Shown piece after piece: positions 24,268 to 37,097 of a stretch of DNA of 54,942 nt (within the stretch, counting starts at the first letter, position 1; every line of letters starts with the position of its first letter). The position numbers and the translations under genes were made by a program. The notes under the pieces were generated by a model that did not search any database, was not told where the DNA came from, and saw only the letters and a program-made list of their open reading frames with translations. The DNA comes from Octopus bimaculoides (taxonomy: Eukaryota). Location: assembly GCF_001194135.2 (NCBI RefSeq), contig NC_068985.1:16009769-16064710 (forward strand), written 5' to 3'.

Positions 24268-26229
24268 NNNNNNNNNNNNNNNNNNNNNNNNNNNNNNNNN
24301 NNNNNNNNNNNNNNNNNNNNNNNNNNNNNNNNNNNNNNNNNNNNNNNNNNNNNNNNNNNNNNNNNNNNNNNNNNNNNNNNNNNNNNNNNNNNNNNNNNNN
24401 NNNNNNNNNNNNNNNNNNNNNNNNNNNNNNNNNNNNNNNNNNNNNNNNNNNNNNNNNNNNNNNNNNNNNNNNNNNNNNNNNNNNNNNNNNNNNNNNNNNN
24501 NNNNNNNNNNNNNNNNNNNNNNNNNNNNNNNNNNNNNNNNNNNNNNNNNNNNNNNNNNNNNNNNNNNNNNNNNNNNNNNNNNNNNNNNNNNNNNNNNNNN
24601 NNNNNNNNNNNNNNNNNNNNNNNNNNNNNNNNNNNNNNNNNNNNNNNNNNNNNNNNNNNNNNNNNNNNNNNNNNNNNNNNNNNNNNNNNNNNNNNNNNNN
24701 NNNNNNNNNNNNNNNNNNNNNNNNNNNNNNNNNNNNNNNNNNNNNNNNNNNNNNNNNNNNNNNNNNNNNNNNNNNNNNNNNNNNNNNNNNNNNNNNNNNN
24801 NNNNNNNNNNNNNNNNNNNNNNNNNNNNNNNNNNNNNNNNNNNNNNNNNNNNNNNNNNNNNNNNNNNNNNNNNNNNNNNNNNNNNNNNNNNNNNNNNNNN
24901 NNNNNNNNNNNNNNNNNNNNNNNNNNNNNNNNNNNNNNNNATATATATAAAACAAATGCCAAAACGAATTTCTGTGTGTCAGTGTGTCACACTTTGATCC
25001 CCTGTCTCACTATTCAATGACACTTCTACTCCTCTTGCTGGGGTGATAGTAATAGTATGAGCTGTAGTTGTGATAGAGGTGGGGGGGGCGACGGTGATGA
25101 TGGAGGTGGTGTTGGTAGCTGAGGTTGTCAATGGTGACGGTGATAGTAAGCGATGTGAAAGACAGTGGTGATGGTGATGGAGGGGAAGGCATCAGAAGTC
25201 TAAATGGTATGTGTATGGCAGTTGTTGTGGCGATGGTGGTGGTACTGGTGATGGTTGACAACAATCAATAGAGAGAGAAAGAGGTTAGAAAAAAATTGTA
25301 CTGATCCCTGAATAGGAAGACAAAAAATGTTGTTTATCATGCAGCTCTGCAATGAGTTCAAAGTCGACAAATTATATTGTTTTGATGAAAATTATACATT
25401 GCTTGAAAAATATTGGTCAAGTTTAATGAAATTTAATATGTACTCAATGCATGAAGTGTCACTGTTGAGACCAAAGCCCATTAAAAAGCTCTCAGGAGCT
25501 AGAATGATGAGTGCGTTCACCATTCTTTCAGTGTTTTGCTTGTTGTAACCAGAAATGGCTTTGTAAAGACGATTACGTCAATTATTATTGGTAAGAGGTT
25601 TAATACCTGATTTGGTTTTGTTTTTTTAAAAGAAATGAACAATGTCTTTGAGAATGCAACAATCTGCGGGCGTTGTTTGCTTCTCCCGTCGTGTCCTCGT
25701 CCAGCCCGCAGCTACTCCTTCTGTGTAATGCCTTTATGGCAAATCGAATGAAATAAAGTAGGATTAATTCTTCTAGGTCGTTCAATTTTTCTCAACTGAA
25801 AAATTGACCGATTGAGTAAAGTTATCAGTAACGTGCCTATAATGATTACTGGAAACAGCTGTAAGCCAAATTTACTCTAATAAAGGAAAAATATGTAATG
25901 ACCATTATCTATATATACCACTCTGTGTAATAAACCAGTTTGTCTGGAGCTCAATCACAGATTTACAATATAGAATTGTGATGAACCATAACCTTGGACC
26001 CTGCCATAGGAATACTTGGACTTCTTCACTAAACAATATTGTTAGCCAGCTGTGCAACAGAAAGCTTATGAAGCATTTTTCCCCGATTGATAATCCCTCA
26101 CTATATATACACATATGTGTGCGTGTCTGAGTGTGTATGTTTGTGTTTGTGTGTATGTGCGTGTGTTTGAGTATGTGCTTGTGTGTGTGTTTATGTGTGT
26201 GTTTGTGTGTGTGTGTGTGTGTTTATGTG

Positions 26230-26271
<42 letters not shown>

Positions 26272-26274
<3 letters not shown>

Positions 26275-26425
26275 TTTTGGTATTTGGTTTGCAAGATTCT
26301 TTATGCGAATTCGTGTGTTGAAGCATGATTTATTGTGTCTGGAGAGAGTCATAATAAATAAGTAAATTAGTGGAAATCGAACTGGTGAGTGTGTTAATTA
26401 ATAAGGCATTAAAACAGACACAATA
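26272..26425. mobile_element. Internally deleted second copy of the 10125-10406 fold-back family
   Basis: Same left terminus TCGTTTT.G..TTTGGTTTGCAAGATTCTTTA and same right terminus CAGACACAATAA. Confidence 0.85.
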
Positions 26426-26426
26426 A

Positions 26427-26499
<73 letters not shown>

Positions 26500-26884
26500 N
26501 NNNNNNNNNNNNNNNNNNNNNNNNNNNNNNNNNNNNNNNNNNNNNNNNNNNNNNNNNNNNNNNNNNNNNNNNNNNNNNNNNNNNNNNNNNNNNNNNNNNN
26601 NNNNNNNNNNNNNNNNNNNNNNNNNNNNNNNNNNNNNNNNNNNNNNNNNNNNNNNNNNNNNNNNNNNNNNNNNNNNNNNNNNNNNNNNNNNNNNNNNNNN
26701 NNNNNNNNNNNNNNNNNNNNNNNNNNNNNNNNNNNNNNNNNNNNNNNNNNNNNNNNNNNNNNNNNNNNNNNNNNNNNNNNNNNNNNNNNNNNNNNNNNNN
26801 NNNNNNNNNNNNNNNNNNNNNNNNNNNNNNNNNNNNNNNNNNNNNNNNNNNNNNNNNNNNNNNNNNNNNNNNNNNNNNNNNNNN

Positions 26885-26931
<47 letters not shown>

Positions 26932-29126
26932 GACAGAGAGAGACAGAGAGAGACAGAGAGAGACAGAGAGAGACAGAGAGAGACAGAGTTGAGGGATAGA
27001 CGGTGCATATCTGAGCATTTTAAATAGTGAGAATATGCTTAATGTCGTGTAGAAGAAGACTGTTAACTTTTGGAGTCGAACCTCGGTCTATGATCTTTAA
27101 TTGTATTATTTCCTACAGAGAGAGAAAATCTCTCGTTTCCTCGGATTGGCTATTTAACTATGTGTAAATATGCTTGTAGGCTTAGTTTGTGTATGAACGA
27201 TTGAGTGCGTGATTGGGAGCATATTATGTGCATATGGAGGCTGGTACGTTGTCGTGCATATGCGTGAAGAGCGTGTGGGCTTGAGGACATGTTAATGTGT
27301 TCATAAGCATGTTTGTGTAAGCACATGTTTGTATGCATGTAGTTGTCTGTATGCTCATGTGTATTTGAATGTGTGTGGTTGAATGTTTCCGTATGTGTTT
27401 CAGCATGTTTGTGTAAACATTTGCATTCGCACATGTACTTGTGTTTATTTGTCTGTGTATGCGCATTTCAATGCGTGCGAGCGTGTATTAGTATGTGCAT
27501 ACGCAAGCAGGTATATCTGTGACAGAGTTTTCTGTATATCTGCAGTGGAGAGTGTAGTGTATGTTTGCATATCTGCATAAGCACGTTTGTGTGAGCATAT
27601 ACATACGCGTTTANNNNNNNNNNNNNNNNNNNNNNNNNNNNNNNNNNNNNNNNNNNNNNNNNNNNNNNNNNNNNNNNNNNNNNNNNNNNNNNNNNNNNNN
27701 NNNNNNNNNNNNNNNNNNNNNNNNNNNNNNNNNNNNNNNNNNNNCATAAATATATAGGGATTGACAGTAACCTGCTTCTCCAACATACTGAGAATTCAGA
27801 AATAGCAGCCAAAGAACTACTGATTCCAAAACTACAAATTATTACTCTAAATTGATAGCGATATTTTTGATACACACAGAACAAAAAACAACAGAGAAGA
27901 GTAAAAAACACTTGCCTTTAGTTAATTTAGTACGATCGTTTCACAGTTAAGAGTAAAGAATACTCTATTCTGATCTTCAGCTAAATATTCTAATAAATTT
28001 GTTAATCTCTAAATAACTCACGTTAATTTTGACCATGCGACATCAATACCACGTGAGGAAGACGTTAAGAAATTTATCGGCCAGTGAGTTCAAAAATGTT
28101 CCAGTGCTGTTCCAATGTTTATTTGTGTGTGCGTGTGTTTATTCCAGTGTGCGCGTGGGTGTATGCTATCGAGTCTACGTAAGCATGTTGATACGAGCGT
28201 ATGCATAAGCGCATGTTTCTGTGGCTGTGTCGGTCTGTGTATATATATGTGTATTTAAGTGTGTGTTAGTATGTTTTCATATGTGCACAAGCATGTTCGT
28301 GCGAAGCGCATATCCGCGCATGTATCTCTTTGTACAGATGTATCTGAGTCAGTACGCGTGTATTTGTGTGTGCTACTGTCTGTGTGTTGTGCAAATGCAG
28401 TAACACCTGAGCTACACCGGCACTGTTAACCTAAATTGAAAGAATCGTGTTCAAACGGCAAAGATTCCAATATCACAGAGAAGAGATGGAGAACAAGAGG
28501 GAGAAGGAGGAGAAGGAGAAAGGGGAGAAGGAAGAGAAAGGGAGAAGATTGACAATTCAATTGGGTTTCTGTGTCAGCGATAATAAATTAAAATAACGCG
28601 ATTGAGCCATAAAGAAGATAGCCGTTCTGTCAGAAAGAGTAGCGGAGGCGATGGTCACACAGGGTAATAGAATCCTTGATATACTATGCCTGAAAATACG
28701 AGATGGTGATTATTGAGATTCAGCTGATTATAGGTTTTCTTGATTATGGTTCACTTGGAGGAGGGGATAAAAGCAACAACAATAACAAAACGATCTAGTA
28801 TGGAAGCCTATGTCTAGGTGGCCGCTCGGCCAGCTAGAAATCACAGCTAATTTTCCCGCGCTAAAATATAAAAAAGAGAGAGAGTGTGTATTCCTAAGTT
28901 GACTATGCTGATTAAGACGGGATTGTCGTGGATGGAAAGACTTTGATCATAGGCCTGTCCGATTGGAGTAGATCAAGGGCTGTACAACATCAATAGTGCA
29001 ATATCAAAAGGTATCTCAGGTGGTGTGGTCGTCATTGTTTAGTCCCAAGTCTACTCTGATTAAGCAGACTTTTGATCAAAAATGTTCCAGGGTTTCTGTA
29101 TGCACATACATGCATACACAGACATA

Positions 29127-29320
29127 CGAGGGGTGCTGAGAAGTTCCTAGTTTTGGGCAAAAGAAAATACAGGAAGGTCGGTTAATTATGATTTTATTCA
29201 ACATATTCCCCTCTCAGATTCACACATTTATTGCAGTGGTTCTTCAGTTTTTGTAAGCCTTGTGAAAGAACTCGGAAGGTTGGGCCTCCAGCCAGGCCTT
29301 TCGTGATACCCTTAAAGCCA
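29127..29320 (-). mobile_element. Mariner 3' end or MITE: one TIR plus transposase C-terminus
   Basis: TA|CGAGGGGTGCTGAGAAGTTCC terminus; minus strand KAWLEAQPSEFF / QGLQKLKNHCNKCVNLRGEYVE* (stop 29194-29196), the typical mariner C-terminal pattern; the other TIR is absent. Confidence 0.85.
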
Positions 29321-29996
29321 TACATACTGCTACAAAATTCCTAATAAACAAAAGACAATAAAACCCTTGGATCCCGAAGATGCAACCGAAAATGTTAATT
29401 ACATCACATTTTTCTGTGGAAGACTTCACACGCATAACCAACAGCTACCCAAAAATGTCATCTAGGTATTACCTCCGAATGCGATTTGGCTTTGTCGCTA
29501 AACCAATATACAATGCCAATCGTTAAAAGACTGTCCTGGGATAAATATAGAGAACTTCGTCTATTACTGAATGTTTACACAGAACATCAATACAAGGAAT
29601 ATTGGTAGAACATTCCCATCAAACATGAAAGGCCGGATATCGTTTGGTGGTGCAAACATGAAAGGCCGGATATCGTTTGGTGGTGGGACAGAGAAGAAAA
29701 AATATGTTACGTCACAGAAATCATTTGCCCTGCAGATGTGAATATCTTTTCGAAAGTCAAACAGAAAGAAGATATTTACGGTCAATTGCCTTGAAAACTC
29801 TAGCTTCTATATCCAGATTATGAATGTACATTTGTAACATTGGTGTTCTTGGTTCGATGAATAAACGCTTAAGTGATGATATGGAAAAGCCACGGTTCTC
29901 AAGAAAAGAAATCAACCATCTACACAGACATTACAAATACAATCTGTAAGCAGGACAGTAAAAGTATGCAAGACTTTTCTCTTGTTCAGAATGTGA
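29321..29996 (+). pseudogene. Decayed RLE-clade non-LTR retrotransposon C-terminus (zinc-knuckle region and restriction-like endonuclease)
   Basis: VEDFTRITNSYPKMSSRYYLRMR, KEYW*NIPI, KHERPDIVW..DREEKICYVTEIICPADVNI, GVLG, TVKVCKTFL...*; 33-bp tandem duplication at 29620-29685. Confidence 0.82.
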
Positions 29997-30212
29997 CATT
30001 GTTTTCGTTGTCTACATTTCACTGATGAAGCACTTTATATCTTTGTTAGAAAACATTTATACACATGCGCATACATACACACTTATGTATAATACACACA
30101 CACGTGTGTGTGTGTGTGTGTGTAAATATTTATGTGTGTAAATATATATATGTATATATACACACACACCTACATACATACATATATATGTATGTAAGTA
30201 TAAGCATCTATC

Positions 30213-30285
<73 letters not shown>

Positions 30286-31647
30286 NNNNNNNNNNNNNNN
30301 NNNNNNNNNNNNNNNNNNNNNNNNNNNNNNNNNNNNNNNNNNNNNNNNNNNNNNNNNNNNNNNNNNNNNNNNNNNNNNNNNNNNNNNNNNNNNNNNNNNN
30401 NNNNNNNNNNNNNNNNNNNNNNNNNNNNNNNNNNNNNNNNNNNNNNNNNNNNNNNNNNNNNNNNNNNNNNNNNNNNNNNNNNNNNNNNNNNNNNNNNNNN
30501 NNNNNNNNNNNNNNNNNNNNNNNNNNNNNNNNNNNNNNNNNNNNNNNNNNNNNNNNNNNNNNNNNNNNNNNNNNNNNNNNNNNNNNNNNNNNNNNNNNNN
30601 NNNNNNNNNNNNNNNNNNNNNNNNNNNNNNNNNNNNNNNNNNNNNNNNNNNNNNNNNNNNNNNNNNNNNNNNNNNNNNNNNNNNNNNNNNNNNNNNNNNN
30701 NNNNNNNNNNNNNNNNNNNNNNNNNNNNNNNNNNNNNNNNNNNNNNNNNNNNNNNNNNNNNNNNNNNNNNNNNNNNNNNNNNNNNNNNNNNNNNNNNNNN
30801 NNNNNNNNNNNNNNNNNNNNNNNNNNNNNNNNNNNNNNNNNNNNNNNNNNNNNNNNNNNNNNNTATATATACATATACACACACATACAAGAATGCATGT
30901 ATCCATACACATGCATACACATATATGTATATACACATATATACACGTGTATGCATATATATATATATATATATATATGCATCTGTGTTAGTGTGTATTT
31001 GTGTGTGTGTTTGTGTCTGTGTGTCTGTGTGTCTGTGTGTTCAGGGTATCTTAAATTTCTCATCTGCTTAGATTGCGAAAATTGAAACTCAATCTGCATA
31101 TTTTTATTCGTTCATAATTTAATTGCACTGTCTTTTTGGCAATAAACATTTATTAATTCTCGTAACTGAAATCTTCCTTTATCTGGCTTTTCCAATACTT
31201 AAAAACAGTCCGTTGTCGTTATGTTGAATAGACAGGAAAATACAGGTTACAGTTTATGCCTGTCCTGCGTTTTTAGAACACTTAAAGAGTAAAGATAAGA
31301 ACTTTTTCTTTCAGCATTTACTTATATCACTCCCTGAAATACTTTAAAAGAGCCATTTTCAATCTTTTTTGGCCATGGCTTTTTTAGGAACTCTTCTCTC
31401 AGGTACTCGGGACCCTCTTTTGAAACTGTTTTGTAAATTTCTTCCATTGAAAATTTCACTCAAATTCCAAACAGATAAACAGTCTATCGCTCCCATCCAA
31501 TAAGGTCATGTCGCTCCCTTTGGAATATTTGAATATTTTAGGATATTTTCGTGCATTGGTATATTTCCATATAAAGGATTCCAAATGAATTTCCACCTGA
31601 ATATACCTACATATCATATAAATTCTTGCGTACAATATAACTGAGGG

Positions 31648-31650
<3 letters not shown>

Positions 31651-31692
<42 letters not shown>

Positions 31693-31972
31693 TTAACTCC
31701 GCTTTCCATGCTAGCATGAGTTGGACGATTTGACTGGGGACTGGCGAACCAGATGGCTACACCAGACTCCAATCTGGAGAGTTTCTACAGCTGGATGCCC
31801 TTCCTAACGCCAACCACTTCGAGAGTGTAGTGGGTGCTTTTTACGTGCCACTAGCACGAGGGCCAGTCCGGCGGTACTGGCAACAGCCACGCTCAAATGG
31901 TGTTTTTTTACATGCCACCTGCACAGGAGTCAGTCCAATGTTTTGTTCATATGCCACCGGCACAAGTGCCAG
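31651..31972 (-). mobile_element. RTE-like retroposon 3' region with (ATG)n tail and internal subrepeats
   Basis: (CAT)n 31651-31692, then TTTCCATGCTAGCATG ... GGATGCCCTTCCTAACGCCAACC and repeated TTTTA(C/T)(G/A)TGCCAC units; clade assignment from recollection. Confidence 0.65.
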
Positions 31973-33084
31973 NNNNNNNNNNNNNNNNNNNNNNNNNNNN
32001 NNNNNNNNNNNNNNNNNNNNNNNNNNNNNNNNNNNNNNNNNNNNNNNNNNNNNNNNNNNNNNNNNNNNNNNNNNNNNNNNNNNNNNNNNNNNNNNNNNNN
32101 NNNNNNNNNNNNNNNNNNNNNNNNNNNNNNNNNNNNNNNNNNNNNNNNNNNNNNNNNNNNNNNNNNNNNNNNNNNNNNNNNNNNNNNNNNNNNNNNNNNN
32201 NNNNNNNNNNNNNNNNNNNNNNNNNNNNNNNTTTTACCAACTTTGCGATTTTATTTCAGGAACCTAATGCATTTATGAAGAGACAGAATGACGACTGAAA
32301 ACCTCACTAAAACATTGATCTTTTCAAGATAAATATCACTTGATAAAGTTTCAGAGAAAAGAAAATCGTTAAAGTATTTTAAGAAAATGGACAGCTTAAA
32401 AAACGATTTTTCTTTCCACAAAGAAATATTAAACGGCAGTTTCCTTTTAGTACCGATGTTTAACTTCCGAAACGTCTCACCACATTCATTATTTTCTGAT
32501 TTCTTTTTTTTTTTTTTACATTAAAAATACATGCATTTTAATAAGAAAATTCCGAAGAACAGTTAACTTCAAGACTTCAGGGATAATAGTATTGCTAGAG
32601 ATTTATCGATTTTGTTTTATTTTCTCCTTATATAATTCAATACAATATCAAGCTTTTAACATTTGTATCCCTCAGTCTTTGCCTGGGAATTGTAAAGCTG
32701 TCTTCTATATCAATATCACTGTGAAGAGGATCTGAGTTATTGATGCTTATGAGACTATTATGTTAAGTATGATAATATTTGAATTTACTGCTTCCTAATT
32801 TCCAGAAGCTAATTTGAATTTGATGAAGTATTGATTTGAAAGTTTGCTAGTTACCAGTTCAGTCTACAACTTTACTATTAACAGACTAAGAGTAGGTAAT
32901 TTCGAGAGTGAATATCAATCAACATTAGTGGTATCTTAATGGTTAAACCATAGACTTATATATCTATCAATACTCCCATGGTAACTAGTTTGCTCTAAAC
33001 TTTAAGTCTTTAAATTTTAAGTTGCATTCAGAATAGATTACGCCAAACTGTTGCTGCTTCACTTCTAATATAATATATTGGTAA

Positions 33085-33305
33085 AGGGGACACGCTGGCA
33101 AAATCGTTAGCACTCCGGGCAAAATGCTTAGCGGCATTTCGTCCGCCCTTACGTTCTGAATTCAAATTCCGCCGAGGTCATCTTAGCCTTTCATCATTTC
33201 GGAGTCGATAAAATAAATACTAGTTGAACTTTGGGATCAATGTTATCGACTTACCCCCCACCCCGCCCCGAAATTGCTGTTCTGGTACCAAAATTTGAAA
33301 TCAAT
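33085..33305 (+). mobile_element. SINE family B, tail type 3
   Basis: TGGCAAAATCGTTAGCAC, GAATTCAAATTCCGCCGAGG, tail GGTACCAAAATTTGAAATC. Confidence 0.85.
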
Positions 33306-34577
33306 ATAATATATTACTCGTGAAGTTAAATCTGTTTGATAATTGTATAATAGGTGTTCTGGCAGTGATGTTGTGTTAATAGTATCATTGGTTTTATTGT
33401 TGTGCTTAAGTACGTATACCATCATGGCGGTGTTGACTGTTTTCTAATCAAAGGGATATTGCAGAAGAGATCAGAGACCATCTTGTATCAGCAGTTTTCT
33501 GTTGGTCATGGCACTATTTAATATGATAATTATAATGAGTTTTATGACATAATTACTCGGGTGGGGTTACAATATGTCAAAGAACAATAAATATTATTTC
33601 GGTTTGAAAAGAATTTATATTTTTGGATACAGAACTTAGTTAATTATTTATTATCACAAGAAATTGAACTTTACAACGATTCCTTGATTAGTTTTAATGG
33701 AAAGTACCAGATCACCTTCGAAACAATAAAAGCCAAATATTTAATTCTCGAAATTTTTCTGATTTATAGAGACAGGAGATATAATGAGATTAACATTCGA
33801 AGATGAGTTAGTTTTTTTAAACAAATTAATTCCCAGTGAACCTTTAGAAATTGTTGAATGAGAAACTAACAAGCTTCAACTTGTCATGAACCAAATATAT
33901 TTTTCAGAAACTGAGAATAGGACGTGAAAAATAATCAGAGAGAAATTGTATTCAAATTAATTATGTCTTTAAGACATTTTCTTATGCTATGACTATGAAA
34001 AGTTGCAATCAGAAATATATTACAGTTTATTGTAAGTAAAGAAACAATGTATGTCGCAATGAATCAAAACTGGAACTAAATTACCGATATATTTGTTTTT
34101 TGTTGATGTTTTTTTCTTCGTATAATTCAGATTGATTAAAGAAGAATAGTAGAAGATAAGAAACATCAAAGCAGTTGTACATATCACGTTTAGTAGCTCC
34201 AGCATTGACATCCAACTCAATATTACTGCAAATTAAGATTTATTTATTGATTTCTCCGTTTTCTCAACAATAGGAATTTAGACCGCGCTGACTTCAGGAC
34301 CGTTTCCACCATTAAAAAAAAANNNNNNNNNNNNNNNNNNNNNNNNNNNNNNNNNNNNNNNNNNNNNNNNNNNNNNNNNNNNNNNNNNNNNNNNNNNNNN
34401 NNNNNNNNNNNNNNNNNNNNNNNNNNNNNNNNNNNNNNNNNNNNNNNNNNNNNNNNNNNNNNNNNNNNNNNNNNNNNNNNNNNNNNNNNNNNNNNNNNNN
34501 NNNNNNNNNNNNNNNNNNNNNNNNNNNNNNNNNNNNNNNNNNNNNNNNNNNNNNNNNAGAAGAAGAAGAAGAAGAAG

Positions 34578-34609
<32 letters not shown>

Positions 34610-35371
34610 TCACTACAGCTGCCGGGAACGATGTTAAATGAAGAATTTACAGCAAAGTCAGACTTGTATCCGGACACAGAGAAATAAGAATGACCAAATC
34701 TAAGATTCCGATTAACATCTTATGGTAGATTAGACTTACTATAAGTCAATGAGTTGCCGGAAGAGTGATAAGTAGTTTGTTAATTATCTTAGCTTTCAAG
34801 TTAGTCATCCTATCACCGACCAGTGAACAAAGTCATACCAGCCATAACATCACATCTCTCTTTTAACGGCCTTATCATCCAATGTAATCTTTCTTTTCTA
34901 ACACATAAGGATATGATCTGGGAATGATGTGGAACTATTGACCATGGATAAGGAGCTAGTGGCCATGCAGATATTGTCTGGAAGAGTAGTGTGCCTTGTT
35001 TCATACTAAAAGCAGTTATACCTCCTCGCAGTGGACTTGGTGAGTTCAATGTCTTCGAAGCGGATGCAATATAACACAGCTGAAAACATTATCTGGCGGG
35101 ATATAACTCAGTGATAGAGTATTTATTTGAAGATCAAGGGGTCTGCAATACTCTCGTGAGTATCCCATCTTTTAACGCCTTTAAGTCAACGAAAGAACTT
35201 CTATGTGATTGCTGAACCTGTGACTCGCCCCCCGCCCCACCTCAGAATCATATTTCATTGTTGCCGAAAAAGAAGGAAAGGCATTAGCTAAAGAAATCAT
35301 TGATAAGTCTGAAATAACACATACAGCCACAGCGGAAATTTCTGCGTTCATAAGTCTGTTGGTTCGTACAG

Positions 35372-35579
35372 TTACTCTTTTACTCTTTTACTTGTTTCAG
35401 TCATTTGACTGCGGCCATGCTGGAGCACCGACTTTAGTCGAGCAAATCGACTTATTCTTTGTAAGCCTAGTATTTATTCTATCGGTCTCTTGTGCCGAAC
35501 CGCTAAGTTACGGGGACGTGAACACACCACCATCAGTTGTCAAGCGATGGTGGGGGGACAAACACAGACACACAGACAT

Positions 35580-35615
<36 letters not shown>

Positions 35616-35790
35616 AAATATATACGACAGGCTTCTTTCAGTTTCCGTCTACCAAATCCACTCACAAGGCTTTGGTCGGCTCGAGGCTATAGTAGAAGAC
35701 ACTTGCCCAAGGTGCCACGCAGTGAGAATGAACCCAGAACCATGTGGTTGGTAAGCAAGCTACTTACCACACAGCCACTCCTGCGCCTAT
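35372..35790 (-). mobile_element. Full-length SINE family A
   Basis: Minus strand: ATAGGCGCAGGAGTGGCTGTGTGGTAAG (A box), GGTTCATTCTC (B-box region), CCTTGGGCAAGTGTCTT, internal microsatellite, (AAAAGAGT)n tail. Confidence 0.92.
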
Positions 35791-36307
35791 AAATTTTTAT
35801 CCATAAATTTTTAATTCGATTATTTAAGTCTATCGACTTCGTCAGTTATGTCATTTGATTCGGCCAGCTGCGATTCATTATTCTACTAACTACGAGTCAA
35901 GACAAAAAGAAAGACTTATACAATTAAGAGAGAAAGTAAAAAACAAAACACAAAAAACAAATATCAGCAAACTGGAAATCGCCTTGAAGATTATACTGCA
36001 GATTTTTGCGGGATTGGTCAAGTTCGTATTTTGTGAGATGTGAAGAAATCTGATGTTTAAGAAATATCCCAAACTCTGTGAGAAGCAAAGAGCTTTTCAA
36101 CAGTTGAAATACTTTCTTTCTCTCAAGGAAAGAGACACTTTCTAAATGCCAGATCCTCCTTCTCCCAATGGGATATGAATCTATTCAAATTCACGCATTA
36201 TATAGTACAACAATTTACAGGCGATATTTTCACGACTGCAGCAGAAATAAAAACCAAATCATGTACAAAACGATAATCTAAACAATGAACGAATGTGGCC
36301 GATTCTA

Positions 36308-36518
36308 CAGGGTGTCCACAAAGTCTGGCTACATGGAGTAAATAAAATCATAACATAAACAATTAAATATAAGAAATAATAATTTCTTAAAGTACGTGTT
36401 ATTCCCCATGTGGGTACATGGAGTAAATAAAATCCTATCATAAACATTTAGATATAAGAAATAATAATTTCCTAAAGTATATGTTAATCCCATGTACCCA
36501 GACTTTGTGGACACCCTG
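36308..36518. mobile_element. Tc1/mariner MITE with 29-bp TIRs and an internal 85-bp tandem duplication
   Basis: CAGGGTGTCCACAAAGTCTGG(C/G)TACATGG TIRs (28/29); TA at 36306-36307 and 36519-36520; units start at 36330 and 36415. Confidence 0.92.
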
Positions 36519-36893
36519 TATATGATTACTCAACAGGCTAAAAATGAATATTAATTCTTTTCAGAACACTCTCTGCTGTTAAATTAAATACAAGGATAGA
36601 TTAGGTCCTTGGATACTCCGAAAAAAAATAAATAAATAAAGGATGCCATGTTTGAACTACAGTTAAACTCAGGTCTTCTCTGTCAGGGTTGACGACAGAC
36701 TAAACAAAACAATGGCAACAAAATCCGCAACAGTAGCAACAGCAAGACAATAACAACTTTAAAACAGTTTGTATTAGATTCTGAATGCAATTAACAATTT
36801 CTGTTATAGTATCCTGAATGAAATATCTGGTTATATCAAATTTATATGAACAGATAGCTAATTATTTGTCCAGCACCTATTCAACAACACTAT

Positions 36894-36954
<61 letters not shown>

Positions 36955-37040
36955 NNNNNNNNNNNNNNNNNNNNNNNNNNNNNNNNNNNNNNNNNNNNNN
37001 NNNNNNNNNNNNNNNNNNNNNNNNNNNNNNNNNNNNNNNN

Positions 37041-37097
<57 letters not shown>

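Noticed and set aside
25600-25785. GC-richer segment with a 61-aa minus ORF and CTGCGGGC/GCCCGCAG inverted 8-mer
   Set aside because: No recognisable domain, weak acceptor, and an 8-bp stem across ~37 nt is expected by chance.
32260-32298. Possible terminal exon EPNAFMKRQNDD* after TTTTATTTCAG
   Set aside because: Too short to identify; such acceptor-like strings are common in AT-rich DNA and no upstream exons were found.
33640-33920. Coding-like AT-rich stretch (MRLTFEDELVFLNKLIPSEPLE...)
   Set aside because: Multiple stops and no motif I can name.
34813-35049. 78-aa minus ORF sharing TCTTTTAACGGCCTT with the 16110-16340 region
   Set aside because: Possibly another RTE remnant, but motif similarity was too weak to call.
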